NCBI GenBank assembly: GCA_028023455.1 | Contig: JAQFVV010000010.1 | Coordinates: 14,012,001 to 14,076,000, forward strand | Direction: 5' to 3' | From: Epiperipatus broadwayi | Taxonomy: Eukaryota > Animalia > Onychophora | Length of the DNA: 64,000 nt | Shown here: piece after piece, positions 49,718-61,778 of the stretch | Layout of the letters: each line of letters starts with the position of its first letter | Numbering within the stretch: position 1 is the stretch's first letter | The notes under the pieces: generated by a model | What the model was told of the DNA's origin: nothing | The model's input: the letters and a program-made list of their open reading frames with translations, nothing else | Database searches by the model: none | Program-made: the position numbers and the translations under genes

Positions 49718-51329
49718 CAAAATCGCTAATAATATATACTTCATACTTTTGAATTATTGATGCTTAGTTCATTTATCATTTAATAATTTTCCTGGTCAGA
49801 TAAAAAGGACCATTCTTTGTCTGACAATGAATTGATATTAAAAAGATAAAGTAGATGTTGTTTATAAGTTTGTTAAAAGTGATTTACTTTAAGAATTTGA
49901 CTTAAGTATTATAGCAGTATATTTGGTCAGTTAACAACTGCAATTTATTTACGGACTTTTTTAAAAAATTATTAGAATTTCATCTGGGTTTATTAGTTGA
50001 AACAGGAAGCCTTCATTAATAATTACAAAATTACTACTAATATATACTTTCGGAGCAAGTGCATGTTTTTTTACAAGTGTGTTAAAAGATGACTCTTTAA
50101 TAATTTGATTTACAAATTATAGTAAGTATTTGAACTGGATTGCAAATAAATTTATAAATTCTCAACATTACACATTTTATAATTATGATTTATTTAGATT
50201 TATTTGAATTATTAGAATTTCATCTAGTTTGTTAATTGAAAATGTATGCTAACTTGCCCTAACAACTAAAAATTACACTTCTTATGGAAGTAATATAATT
50301 TTCTTTTTCCTTTCTACTTTTATATATCATACCATTTACAACTTTCTTAAACACTTTAACAATACACATTTAACAGTAACACATTTCGATATCTGTGCAC
50401 AGGTTTATATTTGTACTTATATAATTTATATGTATGTATTTTTTAAGTTGATGGTGTCAATTCAGATAATATATACAAGTTTTTAACAAGAAATTGCTTA
50501 AATATCTTGCAAATCCTATGCATTTAAATACTTGTAAATAAATATTTTCTTATAGAAAATTTAGCTAATTGTAGATGTCAGACATTTTTTTAGTGAACTT
50601 AGCTTTTAAATCTGCCATTTAACTTACATTAAGATTGTTTTACTCTACACCCTTATTTCTTTCTAAACTACAATTTCAAGTTTATTGAGGAGTTGTAACA
50701 TTAGAAAAATGTCTTCAAGATCTAATAATGTATGCATATTATTTTCGATTTTATTACCAGTTATTTATCTTTAAAAATATATTAGGGACAGAAAATCCAT
50801 CTCATAAATTATGAATTTTTATCACATATAGCTTGATTTCAATCACTAATTAGTAAAATTACTTCATGAATATGTTTTTGTGTGTGTAGATGGAGGCATC
50901 TGTTTTCAATACTTCTATTGACTTTAGAAAATAGATATCTAACATGTAATTACATATGCTTGGTAAAAAGTTTATTAATCCAGAAGTCTTTGTTTTCTTG
51001 CATTTTCAAATTAAATATTTTTCCCATTAATATATATGCAACAATTTTCCCAGCCTTATATATCTCCTGCAATTTTAAAGCACTGCAAGCCATAGAAACA
51101 ATACCTGATATTAAATATAGATAAATAATTACTTTAACAATTTATATGTATTGATATATATTTGCAATATAGTCTATATATATAACATTTATTTTTATAT
51201 TATTTCAGCATCTTTATAATTTTTGGCATTATTGAATGTGTACAATAAAATAATAATAATAATAATAATTAATTTTTATATCTATTATATCCATTTATAA
51301 ATGATTACTCGTAAACGAGTAAGGCCATT

Positions 51330-52650
51330 TCAACTCCAAAAGAAAACAAAAAGAATAAAAAAACTAGATTGATGACTATACAAACCAATTTGGGAAACAA
51401 ACATATAAAACAGGTTGGCCCATTTTTTTCTGATTGATATTTTGTGAGCCTGTTCTTTAATTTTTTCCAGAAGAAACCTTTTCTTTTTGAAATACTTCAT
51501 ATCATATTATTCTCTTCCATATCCTTCCAATGGACATTGCAGATAATTCTTATATTATAGACAGGATCTACTTCTCCCTCAAAAACCATGCTTGATTTCA
51601 CCATAAAGTTCTCTTTTGGGAAGTCTTTTGTTATTCATTCATTTTACATGTCCAATCCAACATAGGTGTGTTTTTATAATAACGGACTCAATAGTATCAC
51701 ATTCAGCAAGCTGAATAACGATTAGTTTTTTTGATTTTGCTATTGCATTTTTTAAAATTTTATAGAGTGTCCTTAAATGAAACTTTTCTAATGTCTTTAT
51801 TATATAGTACCGATAGTGTTCAAATTTCACTATCATACACTAAATTAGGTAAAGTAACAGTTCTATATACAACTAATTTAGTTGCGGTAGTTTATTTTCC
51901 TGTGTTGAAACACTTTACCTTTCAACTTGTTAAAAGCAGTGGCACATTGGTCTTTGTTGCAGTTTATTCAATTTATAAAACTACCAAGGTGTTTAATTAA
52001 ACTGGTTTATAGTCTCAGTTTTGATAACTATCCAAGCTAAAAGTTGCTGATGATTTTTTCCCCATCACTAGTTGATAAAGGATACATATTTTTTGAACGT
52101 TAATTATATATTGCATCCAAAACATTAAGAATATTCTTCATCTTTTGAACGGGCAAAAGTGTCATACTCATCAGCGTACTGTAAATCCAAAATCAAAGAA
52201 GTTATTGTTTTCGCTTTTAATCAGTTCAAATTAAAAATTCCACAATCAAACTTGTATTGTATCATGATCTCCTGTTTAATTAAGCTGCCTGTGAACAATT
52301 CTAAAGACCATTGTCGTAAAAATTGTAACAATGTGGGTGCAAGTACACATCCTTATTTAACCGGTTTTTATTTCAAATGTTTCAGATTTTCCACCAGTAG
52401 TAATTACACTTCCTGTGTAATATGAATAAATTTTGGTGAAGCAACAAATTTAAAAGAGCCATAGACCTGTACTATTAACTGAATCAAATGCTTTGACCAA
52501 ATTAATAAAAGCAATGTCTAAAACACTCCTTTGCTCCACAACATATTCTTGTGTTTAACTTATTTTTATATCAGTACACCATCTTTATATATATATAAAT
52601 TATCAATTGATTTTCATGGCATTTTAAAAATGACATCTGGTGATAAAATT
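51330..52650 (-). pseudogene. Decayed RTE-clade (BovB-like) reverse transcriptase, different subfamily from 34 kb
   Basis: Minus-strand motifs IAFINLVKAFDSVN (about 52500), TKLVVYRTVTLPNLVYDSEI (about 51850), IESVIIKTHLCWIGHV (about 51660); many stops and frameshifts. Confidence 0.85.
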
Positions 52651-54413
52651 TTCTTTTTTTTTCTTTTTATGGTTACTTATACTAAGGTTTTTCCTAGTTT
52701 TTTAATAGTATTTATATAAATGATAATTTATTTCAAAAAAGAGAAAATATTGTTTTCGTTCATTCTCATTTTTTTATGAATAAAAAACAAAAGAAAAATA
52801 TGGCTGTTCCATTAATCAGAATACTGTATTAATTTATTTATTGACTTGGGTTTATTTTTTAAATTTTATTTTTAAAATGTGTAGGAATTACTTTATGAAA
52901 GAGAGCATAAAAATAACAAAACTTAATCGTTGCAAAAATTTTAAGTGCCCCCCATAATTTTGTCTGGATTTTAGAACCTTCCAAGTTACAAAGTTATCGT
53001 TATTGCTGTTTGATCCTGTACTGGATAGTTGCATTAATCTCTATGCCTCATCATTTTTAAGAGAGGCAGACTACCTTGTAAAGATTGTCTTAAAGACATG
53101 TAAGAAATAGATTATTGATCGATTGATTTCATTGAGAGGATATGGCTGTGAATAGAATATAAAAAAAAGCTATACTTAGACAAGATATTGAAGTCTTACA
53201 AAAAGATGTTAATAATTTAGAAAGTAATTATTCTTTCCTCACAACACCATTAAACAGAGGTGTTCAATCGGCAAGGATACTCTTGCCCCAGACAGAAGAT
53301 AGAGACTTTAAGAAATAAGAAAATAAGAGCGGTTGTCTTAATTCCCAAAATACAAAATGTAATTATATGAGCCAATCTTAAGTGTCTAGAAGAGAGAACA
53401 TGAATTTATAAATCATTCACCTTAAATCCATTTCTTATTTTTAATATTCTTGTTAGCATTTCTGAAATTTTAAATTTAGTTTGTGCTAATATTAAACGAT
53501 GTTAAATTATGTAATATTTGATAAATTTTACAAGGGCTGTATTTTAGATTGTAATAAAAAGATGTTAAATAAATGGAGTAAAGGACTAGCATATGATATA
53601 TATGGGTTTGGGTATAGTTTATGATTTGATTTGTATAATCATCATAAAATCCATATTTAACTTTTTATTATTTAATACATTTTTTTTTTCTGAATTGAAA
53701 TGGTCTACTTCTCATTTATGAATGGCTGCTAATGATATCCTATATCTTGTTAATTGTATCTTTGTCTTCTTTCTGTTGAGGACTTGAGAACTGAATTATC
53801 TTTTGAAGCAATATGTAAAAAGATCAAAATATTCTCAATGTGATATCATTGTAAGGTATCCTTGAAATGCAAACAATTTTTTGATTATGTAATGTATACA
53901 AATTATTATTTGCATACAAATTATTATTTGCATATGAAAGTTGTAATGAAATATTTGATTCTAAAAGATTATTCATTATATCCTTTGTTAAAACTTTACA
54001 ATGAAATTCGTATAAGTAGGAGTAACTGCTACAGGTTCACAAACTAGAGCAGAGTTACCATTCAAAACAAACATTTAAACAGTAAAAGCATAACACAAAA
54101 TGAAAATTATAAATGTAAAACTACTTACTGTATGTTAATTTTAATCAAAAAATAAAAGCAAATTTTTGCAATTATAAAATAAAAACATAAGCAAACTTAT
54201 TGTTAAATAATGTCGTAGCTTTTCTACAAATAATCGTTCTTTTTGATGCTACTACTTTCATATTTGTTTTTGATTAATTCATATTAGTAGAATTTCTATT
54301 CCATGATATTACAATGCAAACTGGCTATTTGCTGTTTGGGATTTGTTCTTATTTTTTAAAATAAGCTATAACATATCCAGAACTTGGTACTTGTGTATTA
54401 GACCTGCCACCCA

Positions 54414-54517
54414 TGTTTGCGACGGCAGAATGCCACATTAAAATGTGACGACTACGGCATTCTGCTGCCCCCCCCCCCATGGCTGGAGAAAGGTACGGCA
54501 TTCTACTGATACAAACA
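54414..54517. repeat. Small GC-rich element with imperfect 21-bp inverted ends
   Basis: tgtttgcgacggcagaatgcc / ggcattctactgatacaaaca, plus an internal third ggcattct motif. Confidence 0.45.
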
Positions 54518-56621
54518 ATGCTTTAGCTATAGCAAGTAAATAGAACCAGTTGATGGATACATACAAACAATTCAAAGGCAAAATTAAAAGTTATATCAAA
54601 CCAAAGTTAATTATATCACTGTAACTATTAGTGAAATATTTGAAATTGCATCAAAATGTCAGAATATCAAGGAACAATTTGTTTTTTTCTAATTAGCTGT
54701 TGGAATATTTATAGTTGTGCATTGCATTAATAGCACATTGTATTTAGTTAGAGATGTTCCAAAATAAGGGGAAATAATGTGTGCACTACATATATGGTAT
54801 AAATCAGATTTCAAAGATTTTTATGACTCTTGGGAGATTATTAATATATATATTTGTTAAAATGTCTATTCTGTATACAAGTTTTTAATTTTTTTTTTTT
54901 GGAATGTCCCCCCCAGATTGCACAATGCGTTATGAGCCTGCCATAGGAATATAATGCCCTGTGTGGTTTAGCACAGATGGTAGTCTGATCTGGGGATCCC
55001 AGGATCGAATCTGGTACTCAAACTGATTATGAATTCCCGAGTAATAAAACCAGATGCCTTTTTATATTTATAACGAAGCTTGTTTTCAGTAGACCTTAAT
55101 GGCTATATATGGAAGAATAAACTTAATTTTCAAAATTAATTCAATGATATCTCTTTCAGCTTTAATATGCTTAATTAATATTGAATAGTGGATATTATTA
55201 TAATATTTTTTTAGTGCACTTAACATTTATTCTCTTATGTTTGTTTAATATTAACTATACACATTCACGCACGCAACATATTCTCTATCAAAAAGTTGAT
55301 TCTTTTACTTTTATTTGTTTGTGTAGAGAGAAGGGTGGTTTAGACACTTATTGAGTTCTTTATTACCAACTTAATCTTAAATAGATCAACCAATGACTAT
55401 TTAACATTTGTTTTTTTTTTTTAACTCCCCTTTCCCCACTTGATTTTTGATTTTAAACTTTTGATATTTTTCTTCACCGACTGTTTTTTCAACATTTAAA
55501 TGCGAGTCTGGCATAATAAAACTTAGCTCATTAATAACAATAATAACGATGCATTTAATAAGTAGAAATATTGATAATTGAAGGCGTTGAGGAAAAGAAT
55601 TGTTTGGTTTAATCTTTTAATTCCGAGTTATAAATTTTGATAAAGGTCAGCCGTTTAACGTGAGGATATCCTGTGTTTATGTCTGAGCTTTCTAGTTTAT
55701 TCTAGTACTTTTCTATTTATAGAAAACACATGGGTATAAAAGTAATGTGTGTTAGTGTTGACTAGAAAACCGTATTTGCCCCCGATGTAAATTAAGCATG
55801 ACTTAAAACTGTTGCGTGTGATACTTTGATAAATGAAAGTAAAGATTGTAATTCTATATATTATTTAATTAGATAAACTGAAAAGTGAATTTTTATTGTA
55901 TTTTCTTAAAAACATTTATGTGCACACATATATAATCATTAGTATGTATATATACTGTATGATCATATGTTCTATTTACATATTTCTGATATTAATAGCC
56001 ACTTAGCATCAAAAATTAGGTTCGAAGGCAGAAGTCTCAAAAGACTTTCAAATTTCATAATGATATATTGTATATATTTCATATTCATTTACATTAATTT
56101 ACAATTTTAAAATAAATCAATAAACTCGTCTATTTATTTTTAGAACCCTTTTTTCCAACACAGTTACTGAATAAGAAAACAATAGGACAACTATATACAT
56201 TCCTATCATTTGATTATTTATTGAATTGTTCTGGAAGATTCAAACACTATACAGCATTATCATTTTAATTGTTTAAGAGTTTGAAAATATTTTACTGTGA
56301 AAATAAATTTTCCATGTGACCATCACCTGCATGAGTTTGCAGCTATTGCTGTCTTTTGCAACTTACTAGAGCTTAAATAGGAACTGTTTTACAAAAATGT
56401 ACTCAGCATGTATATATACAGATAAAGGTAAAGATTAACTATGGGGTCACCTATAGGAGTATTAAACCACTGTCACATGATCACCATTTCCTATGCTTGC
56501 AGAAGCTGATAATAGTAGCAAACTCTCCATATAGTAGTGCCACCTAGTACAAGCCTTAGTAATCAACGGATGCAAGAAGGTTTGTGCATAAAATCACTTT
56601 CTAGTGCCTACTCTTCCAATA

Positions 56622-56660
56622 TCCAGATTAATTTCAAGCTTGTGACTTTCATCAGTGAGG
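56622..56660 (-). ncRNA. Hammerhead ribozyme (B6 unit 1)
   Basis: Sense CCUCA CUGAUGA AAGU CACAA GCUU GAAA UUAAUC UGGA; stem III AUUAAU is palindromic. Confidence 0.82.
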
Positions 56661-57083
56661 AGCTTTGGATCTGAGAGCAGTGCACCTAGATTATACTTAG
56701 TATTTAATGTGACTTCTTTAGCAGCCATCTTTTACCTATGTAGTTAACTATAAAACTAGGAGCTCTAGATGAAAGCACAATAATGTTTTCAATACAAGCT
56801 CATTAGCTTGTATAATTTTATAGATTTGAATCCAGTTCAGTATCTGTACATTTTGATGTCTTAGAGTTTTTAAAAACCATAATCACTATCATCCTATAGG
56901 CAGAATTGGTTTAAGACCACTAAAATGTCATGTGATCATCATTTCCTCTGCTTGCACAAGCTATTAATAACAATAGCAAACTGTCCATATAGTAGTAGTG
57001 CCACACATTGCCAAGCTTAGAAATCAATGAATGCAACAAGCTTTGTGCATAAAATCTTTTTCTAATGCCTTTTCATTCAATAT

Positions 57084-57123
57084 CTCCAGAATAGTTTCTA
57101 ACTTGTAGCTTTCATTAGTGAGG
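57084..57123 (-). ncRNA. Hammerhead ribozyme (B6 unit 2, core CUAAUGA)
   Basis: Sense CCUCA CUAAUGA AAGC UACAA GUUA GAAA CUAUUC UGGAG. Confidence 0.65.
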
Positions 57124-57669
57124 AGCCTTGGATCTGAGAGTACTACACCTAGATTTTAGGATCTAATTCAACCCACCAGCAGCCATCTTGATAAATGCTG
57201 TATTATATTATGGTTATATTTTATCTTTACCATCAGGAACATTAACATTTATTTATGTAATCCTGATTAAACTGACACCATAACTCTTTAGTTAATAAGC
57301 ACAATAAAGCTAAGAAAAGTTTTTTTGTTTTAAATTGAAATTAATATGGCATCAAACCTATATATTGATTCTTGATACTTGCTTCATGAATCAGCCTATG
57401 TTATAAGATCAATCAATATGTTTTTTAATTTTCTGGTTATGATGATATTACATTTATGAATCTTTTCATTGGATTAAACATGGTCAGGAAATGACCAATG
57501 TAATATTAAACTTCCTAAAAAGATATTTTACAGTGAACTTGTTCATGAGAGATGCAGGTTTCGTTTATGATATAAAGATTATTTTGAAGATATTAAAAGA
57601 AGTGCAATATTAATTGTGTTCCATGTCTAAAAAATGGGCATATAATATCTAGAAAAATATGTTTGATTT

Positions 57670-57850
57670 ATCATCATCATCATCATCATTAACCATTATC
57701 AACCCACTGCAAGTACAATACATCTCCGATCTTTAGCTTCTCTTCTCCACATCACCTCTGCACACTTTCTTATTTCATCCATCAATCTCACATGCGGCCT
57801 CTTTCTGGGTCTTTTACAATCTCTTGGAATCCAGTTTAAGATTCCAATTG
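57670..57850 (-). mobile_element. 3' fragment of the 34-kb RTE family
   Basis: (ATC)n tail on the left; reverse complement is collinear with 35375-35575 and 36960-37150. Confidence 0.92.
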
Positions 57851-58184
57851 ATTTATATAATTGATGTAAAATTTACCTTGAACTTTTTATTCTTTGTCTT
57901 TATATCTTTTTTTTTTTTTTTTTGGAAGTATTAGAATGACTACATTTAGTTGTAAGTAGCCACTAATAATGAAAATGACCAAGTGAATAATTAAATTGAT
58001 TACCTAAAATAAAAATCCTATTTTTTTTGTGATTTTTCCAAACATATGTATGCTTGCAATAACAAGTCTCTGTAAAATGGCAATACAAATCTTTTATATC
58101 ATTATAAATATCTAAATAATAATTATTGATATATAAACTTGTTATCAAAAGAAAATCTAAAAACACACATATATATATATATAT

Positions 58185-58530
58185 TAGTATGACTATTTTA
58201 TTTACTATTATAGTTTTGCTTTTAAGTCTTAAGTGATGTTATATTGCTAAGGCTATTAATATATGGTATAGCTGAAGATTTCTCAGCCCCATATAGCTAT
58301 TTAAGTTAGATAGCTGGATTTGAAGACATATTCTACTTAAAAGTTAACTATCAGATAAGTGCTGACTTTGAGTTGATATAGTGTCTGAAATATTCTAGCG
58401 CCTCACCGAGGAAAGCCAATACCTTGAAAACATTCTGAGAATGGGGATAAATTTCTAGATAGAGATTTTAAATGCTTTCTCTATTGGTTCGATAAAGCTT
58501 GTCATAGCTATTAGCATGCTCTTTATTTTA
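58185..58530 (+). mobile_element. Family A hammerhead element, single unit with deletions
   Basis: Collinear with the reverse complement of A2; both flanks are acatatatat runs, so the TSD is ambiguous. Confidence 0.8.
58401..58440 (+). ncRNA. Degenerate hammerhead ribozyme (A4)
   Basis: CCUCA CCGAGGA AAGCC AAUA CCUU GAAA ACAUUC UGAGA. Confidence 0.55.
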
Positions 58531-59302
58531 ATTAACATATATATATATGTATTGGTAAATGATAGAAAATAGATGACAACTAAAAGTATATTTATATATT
58601 ATTATTGTTGTTTTTAATGTATTTTTATATTTTTATATAAAATGAAACACCTTTTCTGTACATAATAAAATGCTCACAATAGTTTTTGATATAGGTCAAA
58701 TATGAATTAGGAGAGTTTTTAAATAACACATAACTCATGCTTAGAACCCCCCCCCCCCATATGGTTTAATTGCTCAAGAGTTCATAAATGTTCAAGCAGC
58801 AGAATCAATCCTGGGACCTCCCAATTCCAAGTCAGATGATCTAACAACTGCCAAATTGTGCAAGGCTCATGCTTAGATAAAGTAGGTAATGAATCTTTTT
58901 TTAAAATATATAAAGCCCGATATTAAAAGCAAAAGATCTACAAGCTGTATTTCAGGCATCATCTACTGAGGTCAGTTGGCCCCGATCTTTACCCAGACAT
59001 TTTTATTATCTTAATATTTATTTCGAGCAAGTATCTCATAATTTAACAATGCATTCACTTTTGACAATATTGTCCAGGATAAATGTTAATGATTATTTCC
59101 TAATCATTTTTATGAAATTAAAAATTATTATAAATTTTTCTGCCCATATATAAATTTTAAACCCAGTTAAAGATTAATATATCATTTATTAAATTCAGGG
59201 ATGATATATATCTCTCACGTTTTTCTGGTTTTTCTGAGCACATGTGGTAAATATGTAATAAATATTCTAAATTCAGCATACTTCTTAATACATATGAATA
59301 AA

Positions 59303-59398
59303 GACAAGGCATTTACTTCATCAATAATAGCACAGCTGCCTTACAAGCAGTTGTCCCAGGGTTCGCTTCCCGGCCAACGCTTTGACACATAAAAAAAT
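59303..59398 (+). mobile_element. tRNA-Gly-derived SINE, intermediate form
   Basis: tagcacagctgccttacaagcagttgtcccagggttcgcttcccggccaacgctttgacacat plus A-tail; tRNA-like 3' half with a TAC anticodon loop. Confidence 0.82.
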
Positions 59399-61152
59399 AA
59401 AAATAAAGGTTATATATATTATACTTTTTGTTTTTACAATCAGATCCATCAACCAGATTAACTTAGTCTTTATCATCTACCTAAGGATGGCTAGGTACCC
59501 ATTTTTCATTCATTATTTGATGTCTAGATGATTTACTATGGACTGGTACTTACTGAATTTATTGTGACTAGGAAAAAAAAAATCAACTGATGATACTTGA
59601 ACCCCATATTGAGTTTTTTGTTGTATATATGCTATCCATTATACCAAAAGGCCCTTTATATTAATGAAGCTAATATATCTAATCATTGACCCACAGTTTA
59701 AACTGTATTTTTACTGAGCATAGATAACTTAAATATATATAATTTATTAATCAAATTAGCATATATTAATCAATGAGCAGAAGTTTAACCAGCTATATAT
59801 ATATTCAAGCATATAGTATATTCATTATTTTTTAGTCTTGCAATTTTACAAATTTTTGTAGTGTAAGATAACAAAATGCCACAAATTACTACTTTCTAAT
59901 TAAGGAATCTTATAAAATGCCATTACATATTAGTAAATTTTATATGTATGAATAGGCATATTTTTGCATGTTTGTTTATGTATAGAAGCGAAACAGATAC
60001 GTCTGTTTATATGTAGGCTGAGAGTATTTTCAAAAACTGGGCCAAAGGTACAAATTGAGGCCTATATATAAAATATCTAAATATGTAAAACACCAATCAA
60101 ATTTTTTTAAATAAAGTATATTGATTTATTTAGATAATGATAAATCAAAAAAATATATTTATAGTTTTGGTTTTAATTAGTACTATATACATTTTTCTAT
60201 AAAAAAATGAAACTTGATTTTATCCACGTATTCAAAGGAATGGATTATATATATATTGCTTATTTTTATTGCTATTGTCTGCAAGTTAATCTTCATTAAA
60301 TAAATAGTTTTATTTGAAATTACTTGTGACATTTTCATTGTTTCTATTTTTTTTTTTTTTTTGGCTCTATAATTTTATTTTATATTTCTATTTTGATTTT
60401 CATTTGACTCATCATCTACAATCTGAAGCAATATTATGTGGCATTACTTCAGAATGACATAACTAACCAATTATTATCATGATGAATCCATTCCCATCTC
60501 ATTCATAACTTTTCCTTTTGCTACCAATTTTTCTGCACATTATATATTTTTTTAATAAAACACATTACTTCATTGATAAAACAAAAAGTAGAATAAATTC
60601 AGTCTGATTATTTAGACTTCATGCCAAAGGTTATGTGTAATTTGAAATTATTTTTAAAAAGTGTGAAATCAAGTAAATGTAAAAAAATCAAAATTATTTG
60701 TTCATATACTGTTATCAGATAAGATTATTTTTTCCTAAAAACACTTAAAATTACTTATCAAAATTAAATGATACAAATTATTTAATATTTTGAAATTTTA
60801 ATTAAATCTTATTGAATTTGTTTATAAAAATAAATGTATTTACAATTCTAGTGTGAAATTTTTATATAATCATTATTATACTTCACACATTGCTTATTTA
60901 AAGATTTGGTATCATGTAACATATATTAGATGAATTCAAACTTGAGACAAATTTAATTGAACTGTCTTTGACTGACAATTAATCATTATTAGAATTACCT
61001 TTCCAATTGACAAATAATTTTTTGTTGTTTCCTAATTAACATTATCTGGTGTTTTAGATTTCAATAGCAAAATAATTATAGTCATGATAGAATTCATATA
61101 TCATATTTCTAATCAACTTTTTTACGAGCACCATATATATTTAATGAATAAA

Positions 61153-61229
61153 TCAAGCATTGGTGGTCAAGAGGTCAGCGACAGCTGCTTTACAAGCAGT
61201 TGTCCCAGGTTAGCGGGTTCAAAAAAAAA
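61153..61229 (+). mobile_element. tRNA-Gly-derived SINE, 3'-truncated at the B box and A-tailed
   Basis: tcaagcattggtggtcaagagg...ccaggttagcgggttc is followed directly by an A-run. Confidence 0.82.
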
Positions 61230-61669
61230 TCGACTTTATAGTATGACCAAAATGAGAAATTTAATTTGATCATTTGTATTTCAAGCAAAAGTTGAGATGT
61301 AATCTAATCCAATATCCATTTTTTTTTTTTTTAGCTATGGTGTTTTTGAATTTTTACATTACCTCAGATTAAAATTATTTATTGCTTTTTTTTTTTTTAG
61401 TATCCAACTATAGTATCCATAAAATGATAGATAGTGTTATTGTTTGAACAATTTCTGATTTTCATTTTTAAAGATGTATTTTTATATCTGAAATTTTTTT
61501 CCAGATTTTCATTGCAATTTTCTCACTAGAGCAGTCTGTGGTGAATTTTTTGACTTCTAACGAACAGATCAAAGAAAGTAGAAACTTGATTTTTAAGAAG
61601 TTGCACACAATACATATACATTTAATATTGTATGTGCAGATACCTATATTTATGTGTATATATATATAT

Positions 61670-61778
61670 GTCAAGAAATGTGCTTTTTTTTAGTGGTCAG
61701 TGACAGCTGCTTTACAAGCAGTTGTCCCGGGTTAGCGGGTTCACTTCCAGGCTGATGCTATGACACATGAGATAAAAA
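61670..61778 (+). mobile_element. tRNA-Gly-derived SINE
   Basis: gtcaag...agtggtcagtgacagctgctttacaagcagttgtcccgggttagcgggttcacttccaggctgatgctatgacacatg. Confidence 0.85.

Larger units (their letters stand above)
56450..57190 (-). mobile_element. Family B (older subfamily) head-to-tail tandem, period about 455-463 bp
   Basis: Two collinear units, each with gtgaggagc.ttggatctgagag and a hammerhead; the spacer matches 49400-49615. Confidence 0.88.

Noticed and set aside
53169-53318. Open frame AILRQDIEVLQKDVNNLESNY...
   Set aside because: About 50 codons bounded by stops with no usable start or splice phase; unassignable.
54945-55025. Second tRNA-derived SINE (gccctgtgtggtttagc...ggatcgaatc), with similar bits near 6750-6830, 14290 and 58780-58870
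   Set aside because: Too decayed to align or bound reliably by eye.
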